DNA of 38,802 nt, from assembly GCA_019358935.1 (NCBI GenBank), contig JAHHIK010000082.1, forward strand, positions 1-38,802, read 5' to 3'. How positions within the stretch are numbered: the first letter of the stretch is position 1; the number at the start of each line of letters is the position of its first letter. The position numbers were made by a program, and so were the translations under genes. Shown here one piece after another: positions 36,286 to 38,802 of the stretch. The stretch is from Tolypothrix carrinoi HA7290-LM1 (GTDB lineage: Bacteria; Cyanobacteriota; Cyanobacteriia; Cyanobacteriales; Nostocaceae). The notes under the pieces are model-generated. The model was not told the origin of the DNA. It saw only the letters and a list, made by a program, of their open reading frames with translations, and ran no database searches.

Positions 36286-37626
36286 TTGAGGGGGCGACAA
36301 GAATCGTCAAAGTATTACAGGTAAAGGGAATCAGGTAACAGACCCTCTCAAAAAAAGGTATCTTATTGACAATACTGTGCGGTTATTAAGTAGCTAGATA
36401 TGGGGGACATTTTGATGATAAAAAATAATGGTCTCGTCAAATTAACAAGACCACAGAAATAAATGTTACCCTCATTCTATCAACCAATCCTGGAAAAGTA
36501 CCTGAGCGATACACAATTAATTACCTTAAAAATGCTGGTATGGTTGCTACAAAGTCAGAAGCAAGTCAGAATTGAAAGATTAGCCGCTACCCTACCTTTA
36601 CCAATACAACAAAATAGCCGTCGTCGTCACTTACAAAGATTTCTCAAGTCGAATGCGTTGAGTGTAGTGCTACTATGGTTTCCCATGATTAAAGAAATCT
36701 TATCACGTCTATTCAAACCCAAATTACAATTGATTATTGCCCTGGATAGAACGAGCGTGGAAAGATAATAATATTTTGATGGTAAGCGTCATTTATCAAA
36801 AAAGGGCATTGCCAATATTTTGGTGTTTACTTGAGAAAGATGGTTGCAGTAATCTACAAGAACAACAAAAAGTATTACGCCCGGTAATTCGGCTGTTAAA
36901 GCATTATCAATTAGTCGTGATTGGCGATAGAGAATTTCATGGTATTGAATTAGCCAGTTGGTTACACCGTCAAGGGTTGAAGTTTGTCTTTCGACAAAAA
37001 AAAGATACTACTTTTCGAGAAAAAAGACAAAAATTTCAGCCACTCAGTACGATACCAATTTCTCCCGGTGACCAAAAATTTTATACTCAGGTCAATCTCA
37101 CACAAAATAAAGGTTTTGCTCGTTACAATTTAGCGGTTTATTGGAAACGTAAATATCGTGGGAAACAAGAGAAAGAGCCTTGGTATTTATCAACTAATCT
37201 CACAGATGTATCAACGGCGGTCAAAATATATGGTCAACGCTTTGGGATTGAGGCTATGTTTAAAGATTGTAAAACTGGGGGTTACAATTTAGAGGGTTCT
37301 CAGGCGAATCCTGATAGGCTTGTCCGCCTAATTTTATTGATTGCTATGGCAATGACCTCTGCATGGTTACAAGGACAAAAAACTCAATTGAAAAGACAAC
37401 AATCTTATGTTTGTCGTCCAAGTGATCTGAAAAGAACTAGGAAAAGACATAGTGCTTTTTGGATAGGTTTATACGGATGCAATTGGATAATTTCTCTGAA
37501 CGGGTGTCAGGAGTTGGTTCTGGAAATGATGGCTTCTGTTCGCAATAAGCTGCCATTTTATCAACGGGGTTTGATGGCTATGATGCTTATACAGCAACCT
37601 CTTTAACTTCTTTGTCGCCCCCTCAA
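36286..37626 (+). mobile_element. IS4-family insertion sequence
   Basis: Terminal IRs TTGAGGGGGCGACAA / TTGTCGCCCCCTCAA; flanking direct repeat CGACTGGAA (9 bp, up to 13 bp depending on the boundary). Confidence 0.92.
36463..37606 (+). pseudogene. IS4-family transposase split by a frameshift near 36755
   Basis: IIALDRT in one frame continues as WKDNNILM in the next; GDREF and RFGIEAMFKDCK DDE motifs. Confidence 0.85.
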
Positions 37627-38091
37627 CGACTGGAATTTTCGCCCCCTTTTGGGATTAAGAGACTGAAAGGAAGCGATCGGTTCTGACCTTGCATCCCTGA
37701 TATCTGTAAGCACAAAAAAGGCTACGTAATAACCCATAGTGTCTAGTAGCCATCATCAGCTTTGTGGGGAGCATTTTGCCGAGCAATTGAGGAGTGCTGT
37801 AGCCCCTTTGACGTTGCATTCCGACTGGGAACCCCGTTTGTTTTACGACTGTCAAACTAGGTTAGACAAGCCGATTTTTTGCCCTTTGGGGAAAAATTGC
37901 CGAAAATCGCTCTAAAACTGTCTATTGGTAAATCCGTACCCAAAACTAATTTCAAAGGGCTTATAGGCAGAAGTGGGGTGTTTTTTAATGTTTCTCTTGT
38001 AAACGTTTGTCTAACACTGTATTACAATGATGAGAGTGGGCAAGAACGCTCAAGTCCTGTTGTCTAACACTCGTTATACAAAGTCAAACGT

Positions 38092-38370
38092 ATGACAAAA
38101 CCATTGGCAATTCGCTGTCCGGATGATTTGATAGCCCAAATTGAAGCAATGATGGAGTCCACAGGGCAAGATAAAACAACGGTGGTTGTCACCCTGCTCA
38201 AACGGGGGCTGGGGATAGAGTCAGAAGATGCTGCCCCCGATCTAGAGGCTCTAGCCAAAGCGTATGACGAATCGTTAGACGCAGTTAGACAAGAGATGAC
38301 AATAGCGTTAAACAGTGTCAGACAGGAGTTAGACGCGCTGCGGGGAAAGTCGAAAGCCTCGGTCAATTAG
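38092..38370 (+). CDS. RHH/CopG-like DNA-binding protein (short product; probable -1 frameshift extension)
   Basis: KPLAIRCPDDLIAQIEAMMESTGQDKTTVVVTLLKRGL RHH followed by a coiled coil ending LRGKSKASVN. Confidence 0.85.
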   Translation: MTKPLAIRCPDDLIAQIEAMMESTGQDKTTVVVTLLKRGLGIESEDAAPDLEALAKAYDESLDAVRQEMTIALNSVRQELDALRGKSKASVN

Positions 38371-38802
38371 ACGAAAAGAGGCAAGTTGAGTCCTCTGCGG
38401 CACTCTTGGGCGTTTTGAAATTAGACGGACCAAAGCAACCTGACTTAGAGGCGATCCGATCGCGCGTTCTTTCTCGTTGGCGTGTTGCGAAGGGTCCAGA
38501 AAAGAAAGAGCGCATAGCCTTGGCTCTGGATGCTTTCATTGCTGAGTTAGCCGCTTCCACACCGGAGTCAAAACCCGCATCAAGAGCCCCAGACGGAACT
38601 GCTGCCCCACTGGTGGATGAGGCAACCAAAAAGCTAGAGTCCAAGCACTACACCAAAGCCGAGTACTACGACGAACTACGGCAGATTACGGAGCGCTGCG
38701 GCTACAGGCTGTTCATTGACACCGCCACCCTTGGCAGGAACAGAGAGCTATTTATTGTTAACCCCCCAAGCAACTCTACTGAACGCATCATCTCAACTCA
38801 AG
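38343..38802 (+). CDS. -1 frame extension (about 170 codons) of the RHH gene, continuing across the circular junction to TGA at 159-161
   Basis: Open from G_GGA_AAG: VESLGQLDEK...PDLEAIRSRVLSRW...ALALDAFIAEL...VGEVVDWLRKQDLMSEPT*; no ATG until the last few codons. Confidence 0.7.
38701..38802. repeat. Terminal direct repeat, copy 2
   Basis: Identical to bases 1-102. Confidence 0.95.

Noticed and set aside
36737..36768. Programmed frameshift in the IS4 transposase
   Set aside because: No slippery sequence at the break; a single extra base (mutation or sequencing error) explains it.

Overview
The window is very likely a complete circular plasmid of about 38,700 bp: bases 1-102 are repeated exactly at 38701-38802. 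Frequent HIP1 octamers (GCGATCGC) and the gene families present point to a cyanobacterial host, probably filamentous. Backbone: a primase/Zn-finger/helicase replication gene carrying its own TGCAACC iteron arrays, three apparent partition modules (ParM/ParR, ParA/ParB with parS palindromes, ParA/ParG-like), a MobV relaxase with a pBBR1-like oriT, and a tyrosine recombinase with a dif-like site. Accessory load: an Rpn (DUF2887) gene with a second antitoxin-like ORF, a caspase plus TPR-CHAT protease pair, a remnant of a phosphorothioation-associated methyltransferase, a Tn554-like tnpABC trio, and IS1, IS701 and IS4 elements. The best candidate for an undescribed system is the leftward operon at 959-6667: ParM-like actin, small proteins, two membrane proteins, and a membrane-anchored FtsK/HerA-type ATPase with a probable winged-helix C-terminus. 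It ends in a dense CTGACC/GGTCAG repeat array and faces a divergent repressor, which resembles the Streptomyces TraB/clt/Spd dsDNA transfer system. The second highlight is a probable -1 programmed frameshift (SD-like AGGAG, G_GGA_AAG, hairpin) in an RHH gene whose extension crosses the circular junction. All calls come from motifs read by eye; no database search was run.
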